This document shows positions 1-13,400 of a DNA stretch of 64,000 bases, piece by piece. This stretch comes from Bugula neritina (Eukaryota > Animalia > Bryozoa): positions 16,988,995 to 17,052,994 of the forward strand of contig OZ037765.1 of the NCBI GenBank assembly GCA_964035545.1, read 5' to 3'. The notes beneath the pieces were generated by a model. The model was given only the letters and a program-made list of their open reading frames with translations. It was not told where the DNA came from and did not search any database. The translations under genes and the position numbers were made by a program. How positions within the stretch are numbered: position 1 is the stretch's first letter; every line of letters starts with the position of its first letter.

Positions 1-1
1 C

Positions 2-3000
2 CAGAAACTAAACTGGCTGGTTGTTGAGCAATGTCTTATCTGTATCAAAGAGGAGTGGATGAAGTAAGTAACCCCTAGACTAGCCATGTATTACATAACT
101 TAGTGTTTGAAAATTTAATACTACTTACACCAACTGCATTTCCAACCTTAAATGGATATTTCACAATCACAACTGTAAGTTTATCTGTATGAACATCCAT
201 TCGGTATCCATTTGAATAATTCCAAGTCATGGAAACTAAGTGATCTACACATTACCTAAGTGACAAATTAGTGTCAGGTGTTTTCACTCAATAAAAACTC
301 AATTACATTAAGTGTTAATATTATGTTCCCAGCTATTCTTAGTTAAATTTCAAATTCCAATTACATAAGATCACCAAAATAAAATATATTTGATTAAAAA
401 TTGCTTTTTTTCACTGCTATCATGCAATAAGTTATTATTTTAATTTATGCTTGTAAATTCACCATGCCCTTGTGGCTACTGCAAACTGCTAATGTTTGAG
501 TTGTATACTTGGTACAATTTAAACTAGTTTCAACCTTAGCGTGAGTCACGAGAACTGAATAGTAAGACAACTCTTCTATTAGAAAAAGGATTTCCAGTAG
601 CATAATAACACCTAATGGTGTAGCTGGTCCAGTGCACTTTTTACTGTCAGTTATTCATTATCAAATTTTCAAAAGATTAAAGTGAAGGTGCTTCTGATAG
701 GTGTGAAAATATTTTTCATGAATGGTAGTAAATTAAATGAAATTTTATTTTAGTGAAAATTATAAATTATTTTATTTTTGACCAAAACTATGGCAATTGA
801 ATATTAAAGCTGTAATTTAGGTGATAATTGATAAATAAATTTTTCAGTTAGTTGGTGAAAAACTTCATAATACATACCAATATATAGATGGTATGTGATG
901 GTTCTGGGTTTTTATTAGAAAAATTCAATAATTTAAATTATACCAACACTTCATATAATGGCAAATTCAACACACTAACTCACTGTTTCCATTTTAATAA
1001 CATTAACCAGTATACAGTCAGGGCTAACTACTTTAAACTGCAAGGTGAATGGCTTGGAACTTAAAATATATTGTAAGTTTTCATCTATAATTCAGCTCTG
1101 AATAGTAAGTTGGTAGAATGTAGTTTGAAAGTGCTATTTATTTGAGACCTGATTTTTCTCATTCTCTATATCTTGTGGACTTTTCATTAAGGTGAAGTTT
1201 ACACATGTGTGTCTGCTTAAAAGGAATGCCCATTGGTAACATATGTTCAACCAGACATTTTAATAACATTATTTGCTGTGAATTTCTTATGACATTTTCC
1301 AATTTGAGAATTTTAAGCTCATGGTTACGTACTGATCCATTGGCATAGTCATTTCTTCCTTCTTTATTGGTACCACCAACATCTCTTTTCACCTTTTACT
1401 ACAAGTTTTGACTTTCCTGGAGTTTAGCTGTGCTATTTATTTAGAGGTCTGCTGGAATTTGTTTATACCAATATTGTCTGGTTTCTGGTTTACTTTATAT
1501 TAATAAATATGACAAATTGTAAAGTGACAAGTTTATTGGGCAATTTATGTCTACTCTGTAGCAACGAGGTAGTTGCAGTAGTAGAGAAATTAAGAAAAAC
1601 CTGGGTAGCAAACGAAGTTATTTCAACACCCCTAACCAAAATTTAATGAAAAAATTAAAAAGCTTAGGCTATCTCAATTTCTCTACTACTGCTCCTAAAT
1701 GATAACAACAGCTGTTTTCATGGTTCTTATTTTGATCCACAGCAAAGTGAAAGTGTTGTTTACCTTTACTAAAGCTGGAGGAAACAGGTCTGAAGAAGAC
1801 ACAAAGAAGCTACTGCAGGTTACTATAATACATTTATCTTGCTTTTTTACCAAAACTTCCAATTGCTGATACTATAGTCATGGATCAGCTGATCAACTTT
1901 TTTGGGACACAGAGTCGCTGTCTAGTTGAAATTTTTAGCAAATAAAAGGCTGTTGAAAGCAGGTGAGATACAGCTGTTTGTGATAAAGCATATAGGACTA
2001 CTGTTGACGGCCCAAATGAAAAATAGAGTATGAATAAAATATGTGGGATATTTCTGGAAATAGTTTGTCAATGATAGGCTCATATAGCAACTGAAACCAT
2101 AGTATCAGTGTATCGCTACCAGGCAACACAAATAAATTAAATTAAACTATGCTACACTATCTTTTGCTACTACTAATACTTATTAATTACTCAGTCGAAA
2201 ATAGTTTGTTTCAATTTGTTGCTCGTGTTATATCTGCAATAATTTATAGTAGCAAGCAGCTTTGCTAAGACATTGAAACATGCTTGCTCAAGGATCTTGA
2301 ATGTAAAATACAAGCAAAATAATTAACTCTGGCTAATGTACTATTGTGATGTGTGTAGAGAAGGTAACCTTAGAGCTTACCTCTTGCTTTGCTAGCGGTT
2401 TTTCAGCTCGTAATCTAGAGGCAATAACAAAACCATCTAAATTTCAGATCCGCATTTTAGCAGTCTGTGCAGTCCATTTGACAGCTTCATAATTCTGTAA
2501 TTCAAATTTGGACGGAATGATGCTTCATTCCTAGTTAGTTATTTATCAAAATAATGTAAATATATGCCCACTTTAAGAATTTATTTATTCCTAAGAGGTA
2601 ATTTAGCTAGCAAGCAGCTTTAGAAGAAAATGCATCAAAACTGTTGCTCAAAATTATTTAAAGTAATTTGAGAGATCAGTTAGTTGTTAGTTGCTGTCAT
2701 AGTTACTGTCTGGCAGCAATTATTTTATTATAGTTTATTATTGTTAGTAGTGTAAGAATCATTTTGCATCTAATCAAATTATGGTATTTGGTATTTATGG
2801 TGTAAAAAAGGTAAAGTCTTGAAACACACACCTACACAAATTTGGTGGTCTTTTAAGATTTAATGCAAATGACTGGAGGAAGCATACCCAACTCCTAAAC
2901 TATGGCCAATTGGTTTTGATTTCAACTTCAACTTGAGTTTGATCTTCTCTGCAGTATAATACACGTACTAGCACTTACTATTGAAATATGTTGTACAGGT

Positions 3001-3103
3001 TTTTGGAGCAAGTGGCGAGGACAAAAAGGCATTAAAGTTTTGGATGACTGGGCTGAGTAGTCAGTATAAGAACCATATGCGACAGACCTCTAAACAAATC
3101 TAA
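2..3103 (+). CDS. FLCN: Folliculin, last three coding exons (gene starts upstream of the window)
   Basis: Exons <2-63, 1743-1818 and 2999-3103, all GT-AG and in phase. They translate to [80 protein letters not shown], matching the FLCN C-terminus ([22 protein letters not shown]...LKFWMTGLS). Absent from the ORF track because the exons are short. Confidence 0.93.
1566..1698. mobile_element. Short MITE-like element, family A copy 1 (FLCN intron)
   Basis: Inverted repeat GCAGTAGTAGAGAAATT(A/G)AGA starting at 1575 and ending at 1692. Related copies in reverse orientation at 45723-45885 and ~7041-7103. Confidence 0.6.
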
Positions 3104-3233
3104 GTTTTCAGAGTTCCTGAATACCAGTGTGCAGATAGAATTCTCTCTGTGGAACTCAACTTTAGAGCATGACATTTGTTTTTATATAATCAACCTTTAC
3201 TATTATCTTATTTATGAATTAAGTTATTTAAAT

Positions 3234-3441
3234 TTCACACCTTTCACACCTATATGGTCGTAGGCTTTCAATCTCTATCAGCGTCAGCCATCTTTCCCGA
3301 TTTTCTGCATCCTCTGGTTTAAGGCCCCAACGCTTCATGTCATCTCCTATCGTGTCCATCCATCTTCGTTTGGGCCGTCCTCTCTTTCTCTTCCCCACTA
3401 TCTTCAACTCAGTCACATATCTAATATCCTCTTCACTATCT
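3234..3441 (-). mobile_element. 5'-truncated RTE-clade LINE (3' end of the RT ORF)
   Basis: The minus-strand ORF GKRKRGRPKRRWMDTIGDDMKRWGL...AENRERW is a typical RTE-clade C-terminus. The 3' tail is a tandem (GGTGTGAAA)x2. It is flanked by a 15-bp direct repeat TTAAGTTATTTAAAT at 3219-3233 and 3442-3456 (TSD). Confidence 0.85.
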
Positions 3442-5379
3442 TTAAGTTATTTAAATATTGTTTCTATATTTTTATTGTTTTTTTTATCTTTTAATATTTT
3501 TAAATTGCATTTCAAGTAAAGATTTATATATTATTTTTCTAATAATATTTGAATTAAAATTATATTCATAATACTCAGGGCAGACTATTAATCTCGACTC
3601 AACCGATTTTAGTAGTTATAACCATAGAAACTGGTGTTTATTTCAATAGTAAAGGTATTATGTCAACTATCTGTTGCTACCTGTTCACTTCATGTGGATA
3701 TTAAGTGGCTTGATAAATTACTTTCCTCCATACCAATTAGGGCTATAACCGATGTATTAGATCTGTGGGTTTAGCTTTAAATACTGGAAGTTTCTTCAAG
3801 TTGACGGGTACTTTTGAACATCAGGTTCTTTAGTGTAGTAACATTCACAGAACAGAGTTAAAGCTGACAGATATTTAATTTTTTTACCCTTAAAGTAAAA
3901 CAATATTCTGGAAATAATATGTATTAGGTATGGAATTGTTTCGAACTCTATATTGTTCATTGTTTTCCATTACTTATTGCAGGAAAGTGATAACATTAGA
4001 TAATTGTCCAAATTTAATTACCTATTTCTATGCAGATTCAGTTGCTCTGCAACTGGTCACCATTTACGAGGGTACCTAATATAATATATTTTCCGGAACA
4101 ATGGCGGTAAATAACTATGTTAAACAGAATCCTTAAAAAAACTCCTATAACCTCTATTTGCATATTTAGAAATCCATATATACATCCTCTATTGCCATGA
4201 TCTGTTTCCAAATTATAAAGTTACATTTTCTGTAATCAATTAAGTTCTTGAAGAAATACATTTGCTGTGATACCAATTAGTACTTTCTGTACATATATAG
4301 AATAAATCTTATGTAAGCAAAACACTCCTATAGTAAATAAGCATGTATTTATATCTCGTATCCCACACAACTTCATATCAAAATCAGCATTGCGTTTGTA
4401 ATAAGCAATCCAATCTCTCCAGTAACTTGCTATTGTTTCAATACACCGCATTGTTTATATTGACGTGGGCTCAGTTTATTACTCAATATTTTATAATCCT
4501 TTGCTTTTGCTTGAGAACATATCTATGAAAGAGAATAATTCAAATTCAAGCTCCATAGCAGATTTTGAACATAGTATGACTAAGTGCTAATTTGTTATTT
4601 AGATAAAAAAATCTTTTTCCTGTAAGCTTTATATTTGAAAGGTGGTAGGTTGTCTGCTGAACTCCCTTTACACTCTTCTCAAATTTCTACTTAATGGTCC
4701 AAGTAAATGTAAGGTAATTTTTCTATAGCAATTGGTGGAAGTTTTCAGGCACTGCTCACTCAAGGCTTTGTGCTAATTTCGATTTGTTTTACCAAAGCTT
4801 ATATTTCATGATGTAATGTACATAAATTTGATCAAAGAATATTTTCACTGCATACTTCTTACTGCTTTGTAATAGATTTCTTAGGTCAAGGATTAAGAGA
4901 TGAAATGTCGTGGAAGTTGGAATCCTTTACACTGCAGACAGGAGTATTTAGGATTGATTGATTGCTTTTGTCTACCAGTTTTTCAGAATTCTGACATTGA
5001 CTGCTGGTGGCACAACAATTTAGCTAGCGTCTACTGAACCATGACCTAAGCCTATTTATACTCACCCCATACTGTTTGCAAGTAGTTGGTGCTGGCATGT
5101 TGGCTAACTACACACTGTAGCTATTATACTCTCATATTTTACCAGGAGTTAAACCGGGAGGAAGCGCATACGTGAACAGTTCAGAGTATAGAGTTACTAA
5201 AGTTTCCGTAGCCATTCCTTTGTAAGTAGACTTAACAAATTATTGTGTATTAACTTTGAGTTTTAAAGTATTCTACCTTTTGGCTTCAATATAGGATATA
5301 GTTCATTTTGAAACGTTGCTACGCTATGTACTATAAAGTTTGAACAAAATTTCTCAACTTAATTTGTGACTTTTCAAAA

Positions 5380-5779
5380 CAGTTTGCCGCACTTATTTCA
5401 GAGATAGCACCCAACACTCACTGCGTTGCACCCCTCACTTCCGCGGCAGCAATCTAACCCCCAACTGTACTATTTAATTATCTCGTTATGTTTTGATTAG
5501 ATGACTGCATTTGTTGATAAAGTGTGACCTTTACGAAATAGCATAATAAATATAACTGATAGTGGTTAGTTTATTGCTGTTGGGTAGTGGTGAGATGAGT
5601 GAGTAGATACTTGACTACTAGCAGCTTCAGTAGCTCTAGTAGACCTGTACTAAACTACTAGTTGCTTATTAGCTACTACTCTCTTCAGTTTAAAATCAGT
5701 TTAATTTTCCCTCTATTGAAACATGAATGAGTTAATGATCCATTCGAAAGTGATACCTGCTACAAACCTTCGGTGAGTG
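5380..5779 (+). promoter_or_regulatory. Possible promoter and non-coding first exon of FAM20C
   Basis: Locally CpG-enriched, with an ETS-like CACTTCCG near 5437 and a strong donor CG|GTGAGT near 5773. The first FAM20C coding exon begins with an acceptor (10354), so an upstream exon must exist; placing it here is inference. Confidence 0.3.
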
Positions 5780-7040
5780 TAACATCTACTTAGCACACCA
5801 ATCTAGCGCGCAATGGGCTATAATATTTTAAACAACTAGACATTATTATGATTATAACTATATTTATAAGTCATAAAGCTCTTTCCTGTAATTTGAAGCA
5901 AAACGCAATCTTTACTCTCAGGTATTAATTCTTTTAGGTTTCATAGCTGTGTTAAGTAACTATAAGCCATAACGTTGGTGTTTTACAAAAAGATGGAGAT
6001 CAAACCACGTAAAAACAATATTATAAATTAAAATATAAATTGACTTTCCAGCAATAAATATGCAAATTAAAATGCTAAGAGAAATACCGTCATATATAAG
6101 TATCATTGGTTTATTATGCACTAAACTGTTTTGGTGGTTAGAAAAATATTCCTATATTGAACAAAATCTATAATTATTTGATGTTTAGGTACCTACTGCT
6201 TCATCTCACCAAAAGCAATATTTTGTAGCTTGTATTAGCATGCACGTGTACTTCAACAAAATGGCGAGGTTAACCTCTGTATCAAACTAATACTTGTAAT
6301 TTTTTCCATCTATTAGTATTACTTTATAAAATGTTATACAGCTACTAGCTGATCCATTAGGTTCACTCAACTAGAATCTTCAATAGTGTTAATTTATTTA
6401 TTTCCGGATGTGACTTGAATAAACAATTAGAGTCTAGAATAACAAGTTATCAAGAACATCTAGTTGACATAATATATAAGGTTTACTAGAAAGCAAGCCA
6501 CTATACATACATTAATATATAATATGTATGTAATTCATTAATGCTATGCAATCTTGTACATTTACGTAGCATGCAATCAATTTTTACTCAGATTTCTTTA
6601 GTTAAACATAAAATAATTAAGTCATTTTAGCATAAAATTGACCACAACATTAAGTTTCGGTTTCCTCAAGGAAGGGCAAAGGCCAGAATACATGCAAATG
6701 TCTCTAAGTGAATAATTACAGCTTGTAAACTATCGAAATAGAAAAGTTGTAAAGCACCATTTTTATTATTATTAGTACCATTCTATTATATATGCATTTA
6801 CTTACTTGCTGTTATTACGCACTTATTTTTCACTTTAGAAAATTTTCCCTTTGATTTCAAATAAAGTCAATAAATATTGCAAAAATATTTATACATGCAT
6901 CAATAAAATTGTTGCATATATGCCTCGTTAATTGACTGTATAGTATTCAGATTATTTAACATTTTAAAAGTATTTTTGTTCAATATATATATATAATAAA
7001 TATATTATAAGTAATACCTAGTAATAAAAGTAATTAAGAA

Positions 7041-7103
7041 GTGTGTTGAACATAACTTTTTTGCTACCTTTCTCTTCTTTATTTTTCCCTTACTGCACCT
7101 ACT
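7041..7103. mobile_element. Degenerate partial copy of MITE-like family A
   Basis: GTGTTGAACATAACTTTTTTGCTACC...TTACTGCACCTAC resembles the reverse complement of 1568-1629. Confidence 0.4.
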
Positions 7104-10100
7104 CTTTAAAGTGGCAAATAAATAATACCTAATTATGCAGTAAGATAAAACGATACAGCTGCCCACTAATCTTTCAGACATCAATCCACATCAATTATAT
7201 CTCTGTTCTTGTTAATCAACAAGCTGTCCTTTGCTGGACTCTAGTGTGAATACATAAACATAAGCTATTATAAATAGCAAACATTGCTAATATTGTCTGT
7301 AAATGAGAAATAGTTTTACTGTCTACTTTTCAATGTTTATACTAAATTATGTTTTAGAACACCATTGACTTTCATTCACTTATATTATGTAAAATAGGTG
7401 ATTTATTGCTATTAATGCTATTGTAGTTACATGCATTTTGAGTAAAAATAGCCTTTATACCAATGTTGAATGTTCATTAATGTTTTGTTTGAATTATAGC
7501 CAAGTTGTTGGTGATTGTGAAGGTTTGATATTGACTTCTTTTGTCTAAACAAAGTTAGATGTAATAACAGCTCAAAACTTGGTCTGTTATAAATTTAACG
7601 AGGATTTAATGTTACATTTAGCTACTGAAGCTATTTTAGAGACTATCTAATTTACATCATTACTGTTTAGGAAATTAGTTCCTGAAAAGTTCTAATTTAA
7701 TTTCTTAGTTTGTGCTTCAATTATAGAGCTCCCTTCCTTTCCTGTAGAACGCTAGAACGTCACTATATTATTATCTCTATAATATTACATGCATTATCTA
7801 GATTTCAATATAACCTGCAATCCTCTAGTAGGTAACCGACTTCTTTATATAGACCAACACTACTGCTCCCCTCTTCCCCCCTTCCCCCCTCCGTCACTTT
7901 TGCAGACCTACAAGGAGGTAACCAGGGCAGTCCCTATTTTATGCAAGTAAACCCTCCTGCCTGATGAGACGTGTGCACATTATGAATATAAACAATAAAT
8001 TTAAGGTTTTTTTGGTACAAGTTTGCTATTTGTGTACCACACTTCATCTATTTGGCAAATCTCCCTGGCATTACACTTCTAATAATGTTTAAGCCTTAAG
8101 GTGAATAAGTATGCAAAACATGTATAAGCTCATTTAGCAGTATGCTGAATGCATTTACAAATTATATATACAGCATTATGTGTAGCATTTGCATTTATGA
8201 TAATACACAACAACCTTCAGCTACATAGGCTTCAGTGTCAAACTCGGGTAGGCACCTGCATCTTGCTTCATGTTTATCGTTCTGTATAATTTATACAATG
8301 TATTGTATATATACATACAGATTGGGGAGCCTATAAAGTAAGGGTATACATCACTTGTAGAGAGCAGGTCTGTATAACTATGTATAATTTTCTATTCTTC
8401 ACTGTAGTATGGTAATATAAAACATTAGTGTATGTATTTGTATTAGAAATCAACTGCAGTATTATATGAAATAATATACCACTTTCGCCCCACACTATAG
8501 TATGGGTATGTAGTATGAGTAATACACTGACAGCTGCTCTATTCTTAACATATGCAGACACACCTTTTCCTTATTTTTACTTTGAGAAACTGGAACTGTT
8601 TTTGTAATCCTTAATGCATCCTCTGTCACAGGCCAAATGCCATTATAGTGAAGACTAAATTTAGAAATCAATCGTTGGCTCTTCAACACATTACGGCTAC
8701 ATTTATTGACTTCTGACACATCTATACTTTGCAATAGTGTGAGGCCTAGAAAATACAGCGCAGGCAAATTTGATTAGATTATTGAATTTTACAAGGTGAT
8801 CGGCCTGAAATTAAATGTATGTTTAGCAGAATATTGATTGGCTCCATTTAGAGCTGCAGCATGCACATTTATATATCCTGTGGTTAACTGCTGACTCTTG
8901 ACTTCTTGCTTCTCTCTGACTAAGCTATTCGTTCTTGGTTATACTATTAGGAGGATTTCTTTCAGCATTTTAACTTCTAAGCCATAACTAGTAAGTATTG
9001 CTCTATTCAGTTAGAACCAAAGCTATCATTATATCACTAGTAACCTAACTAATTATTTTAAAATGTATAATATAACGCTATAGAATAACTCTTAATACAT
9101 TAGTAATAATCCGTGATAGTAAACCTAACAACTATTTGGGGTTTTATTTTGTTAAAAATAGCCTTACTGTTACGTAACCTCACACCAAATGGCATGCAAA
9201 TGTGACCACAGATTTAGTAGAAACTGAAAATCTTACTAATTTATTAGACTCCACCCTGACATTCATCAAATGAGGGCTGTTCTTTTCTTCAGTTTGGGGT
9301 GAAATAAGGTGCACACGTATCAGTTACAGAAGTCTTTGAAAGCATTTCAACCCCTTAAGAAGGTGGAAGCAAATGTATATCAATCAATAAAATTGGACAA
9401 GTATAAAAACACAACATTGTCAATGCTAAAGATTAAGATTTTTTACTACAGGTAATATTTTTCTTCAATCGACGGATGCTGTATCCTTACGTTGTTAGTC
9501 AATTCCGTAATAGTGTGTTGTTACAGGTTGCTCAATTTGCTGTAATATTTGTGTATCTTTGCTGAGGGGGGGGGGGGGGAGTGACCATGGACCCATGTAT
9601 GGGTGTTGTATAAAAGGTGTCAAGCAACATTCTCAATAATTGTTTCAAGTTACCTGCAAAGCTACCAGTGCCAGAAATGCTATTGTTTCTGCAATTCAAA
9701 TTGGAAGCTGACAATCTAGGGGTTTGGCAACCAGAGTCGCTGTTTTATAGTTTCTAACCGTAACTTAGAAACCAGGCAACACCCTTTGGCTCTCACCAGG
9801 TGATGAGCAATACTTGATACTGCCAACCTGGTAAAATATGCAGCAAAGTTCAACCACTGAGTCAACTTGTATTAATCATAATATTTAGGTAATAAATAGC
9901 CACATCTCTGTATGTACAAGAATAAACTTGTACCACACTCAAGTGAATGTACTTTATCTTGGCTTCAACAACTGTCATTCAATAACCTTTTTAGTAGGAT
10001 TTAAACATTTTATAAACTAATATGTCTTTCAAAGGCCCTCTTGAACTTTTAGCTGATGCTAAAGTTATAAAAACCATACGATTTTTATATGAGTTTCATG

Positions 10101-10407
10101 AATAGTCTGCACAATTTGCATTATTAAAAATATCACATTTTCAAGCACTGAAGAGTATCGATTTCTACTCCTCTATTCTGGCGATATACATGCTAGATTG
10201 CATACAGAGAAACAATAGTCTATACTCTATTATATAAACGTTGTCACCAAATAGGGTGGGCGAAAACAGGCACCTTATGGAGAGAGTAACTTCTACTCAA
10301 TGAGAAGTTTATTACGTATTATGAGAGATAATATTTTTAAATTTATTTTTTCAGATTGAGGCCGAAGGAAAATCTAAATCATTTAGTCTGACTTCCTTTT
10401 CCTCGCA

Positions 10408-13400
10408 ATGTTTTGTCTCAAACCAAATCTAAAGTTGAAATGGAGAGCGGGACTTGTGATGTTAGTGGGACTGGCCAGTCTGGTCTACTTCATGTTGATA
10501 TCTATCCTTAACCCTGCAGCAAATGGGTTCAATGAAGCAGGAGCTAGAGATAGATTGTATAAAGCTGCGGGAGGACACCTTATTGCTCCAAGATTTCTAG
10601 TGGATAAAAGCTCATGGGCTACATCAAACTTCTCCAGTGCTGACTATCAGTTTCATGATGAGCCAGCCAGGGGTCACAAGGTTATCCTTTATCTTTAATT
10701 GCATTTACCTTTGAAAAAAGATAGCTATAATATTACACATGAGGCTGGAATAAGTGGCAAGGCCGGTCATTCATTCATACAAGTTTATTTATGCTTGCCT
10801 AAGTTTTCAAATTACTGAAATAAATTAACTTATAGTAGGCTACTTCAAATCAACTATTGGAAAGGAATAATAAGAATATCTGGTCCAGAATCTGGTATAC
10901 ACTTTACTAGCTCTGAGCACAGGTGTTGGACTGCCATTGTTTTGGTGCCATTTTCAAGTTTTACTATATACACTGTTATATATAACTTCTTATATGTTCG
11001 TAATTATAAATTGTTATTGAACTTTATAACATTGGCATGTTGAAGAGAGAGAGCTAATTATACTCTTTTATACTTGTAGATAAATAATGTTGAGGAATCG
11101 GTTAGAAGAAAGTTTTTGTTTAAAGAGAAACCTCATTTGGAAGTGGACTACTCAAAGGGATATATCAACAAGGCATTCACACCCAGAAGAAGAGATGGGG
11201 AGTTGTTTACTCATGAGATCTATCAGATGACTCCTGCTCAGCTGATCTACCATATCAATGCTTACAGACACAAGGCTAGACGAGCTGGCAAAAGGATGAA
11301 CATATTTGATGACAGTGCTGTGAAGTGAGTGCCAACTAAACTAGAATACTTGGGGTGGTAGCAGTAAACCCCATTAAACTAATAGGTTATGTGTAAAAGT
11401 TTATGTTCATGCAATTAATCTAGCCAAGGCACAAATAAGAAAACATTATTACCTGATGGCTGCTTTAGTACGGATGTATTTTTACATTAAACTATTTGAA
11501 AGTGATTGAACTATGAGTTCCTGTTCTGAAAAATTCCCTTTGCTAGACATAAATCATTAGAAAAATAATGTATTTATAGCCTATTAAGAGTATTTTCAAA
11601 CATCTTTATATGGATATCACATGCATATAAATTTTGATTAATTACTCTAGACAAAACTTTCTATACAGCAGTAAATATGTATGTGTATAGTATGTACACG
11701 TATTACAATCTTATACAGGGAACGTGGAAACACACTCAAAAACTGGGAGTTGTGGTATCTCAATATATCTCAATATGAAATATATCGCCATGATGACCCA
11801 ATAATTGATAAGATGCTACATAACTTAGCCATGCTGCCTGTGACGGATTCCAGTGAGTGAAAACCTACTATAACTGTGTAATGTTCTTTTTTTGAAAATA
11901 CTAAAATGATCAATTATCACCAATATTTATTGTGATGAAAAGAATGAATGCTATGCAGTACAGTTGGTTATATGACACGTTCTGTCATGTATTTTTGCTA
12001 AGACTGTACCAATTACTGTCAGAAGATGACACTGACAAAATGACAAATTTGCCACAATAACTACAAACACAAGCTGGCACATGTCGTTTATAGTTGTTTA
12101 ATGCCTCAACAATATATTTAGCTATAACAGAGAATTCTAGGCTCCTAATGGCACCTGGAAATGGTAGCACCAACACATTATCAATTCATAAGATACTTAC
12201 TGGTTTTGTTAGTGGCTCGTGATTATGCTAATTCCACAATTGAAAATCTTAAAAGAATGAGATATTTAGTTATATATTAGTTATTATTATAAGTTGTTGC
12301 AATACATAATCACTGTCAACTGAGCAGCCCTGCATCAATATCTAATATAACTGTTCACAGAACAACTATCAGGAGGGACTCAGTTGAAGCTAAAGCTAAC
12401 CTATTCTGATGATCTGAATGGTCTATGGAAGCCAATGAGGTATGTAATTGCTTTTACTGCATGTGATATGCATATCTGATAATTTTATATTGTCAAAATT
12501 ATGCAATAGGCAAAACATTATTTTATAACTTTGATCTTATAACTCTGTCGCTATTGTAATGAGCATGCAGTATCTTTATCTGGTTCAACTAGTTTTACAA
12601 TGAGAAAAAGTTGATTAAGTTTTCTTGTAACAAGTCAGCTGGTGCTAATCTTAAACCAAAAAAATAATTATTTTGTAGGTTTACAAGAGACACGGAAACC
12701 CTGATTAATCACTACTACTTCAGTGACTATGAGAGACACACAGCAGAAATAGCAGCTTTCCATCTTGATAGGTGAACGTCTATTAATTTATTAATTAATT
12801 CATTGGTGCACTTGGTGGGCGCATGGTGTGATTTGATAAGGCTTTTATAAAACAATAACAACTTACTCAAAACCTGTCAGTTCAGACAATGCAGAAACAA
12901 TTTTTTATGTAAATTTTATTATAACGTTTAAATGAATAAGAAGCAATACTGATTAAAATACAATTTTGTTATATATATAACTATAATGGTTTAGCGCCAA
13001 CTCAGTGCAGGAAATTTGAGACACCTATTGTTTTAATATTACATTAATTTTCCAGTAAAACACTAAAAGACAAAAATAACTATTACTGGGTCATAATTTT
13101 AATTAAATGCAGCCACATGCATGTATGCAAATAATTAAATGTATAGTATATTTAATAAAAAGGATGCTCTCATGTTTACACTCCATTATAAGCCTACCAG
13201 TATAAACACTGTGTTACTTGATTTGTAGAGTATTTGGCTTCCGAAGGAGTCCACCAATATCTGGTAGAATATTGAACATCACTGCAGATATTAAGAGGTA
13301 CGCTAGTGACCGGTTCCGCAAAACAATGTTTTATTCGCCTGTAGGCAATTTGTGCTTTTATGGCAAATGCTCCTATTACTGCGACTCCAACCATGCAATA

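Noticed and set aside
7961-7990. Hammerhead ribozyme core CTGATGA (also 16857 and 50583)
   Set aside because: No stem II followed by GAAA, and no compatible stems I/III.
9481-9489. U12-type donor GTATCCTT, and the similar GTTATCCTTT at 10681
   Set aside because: About one chance 8-mer match is expected in this window, and there is no CCTTAAC-like branch site before the downstream acceptors.
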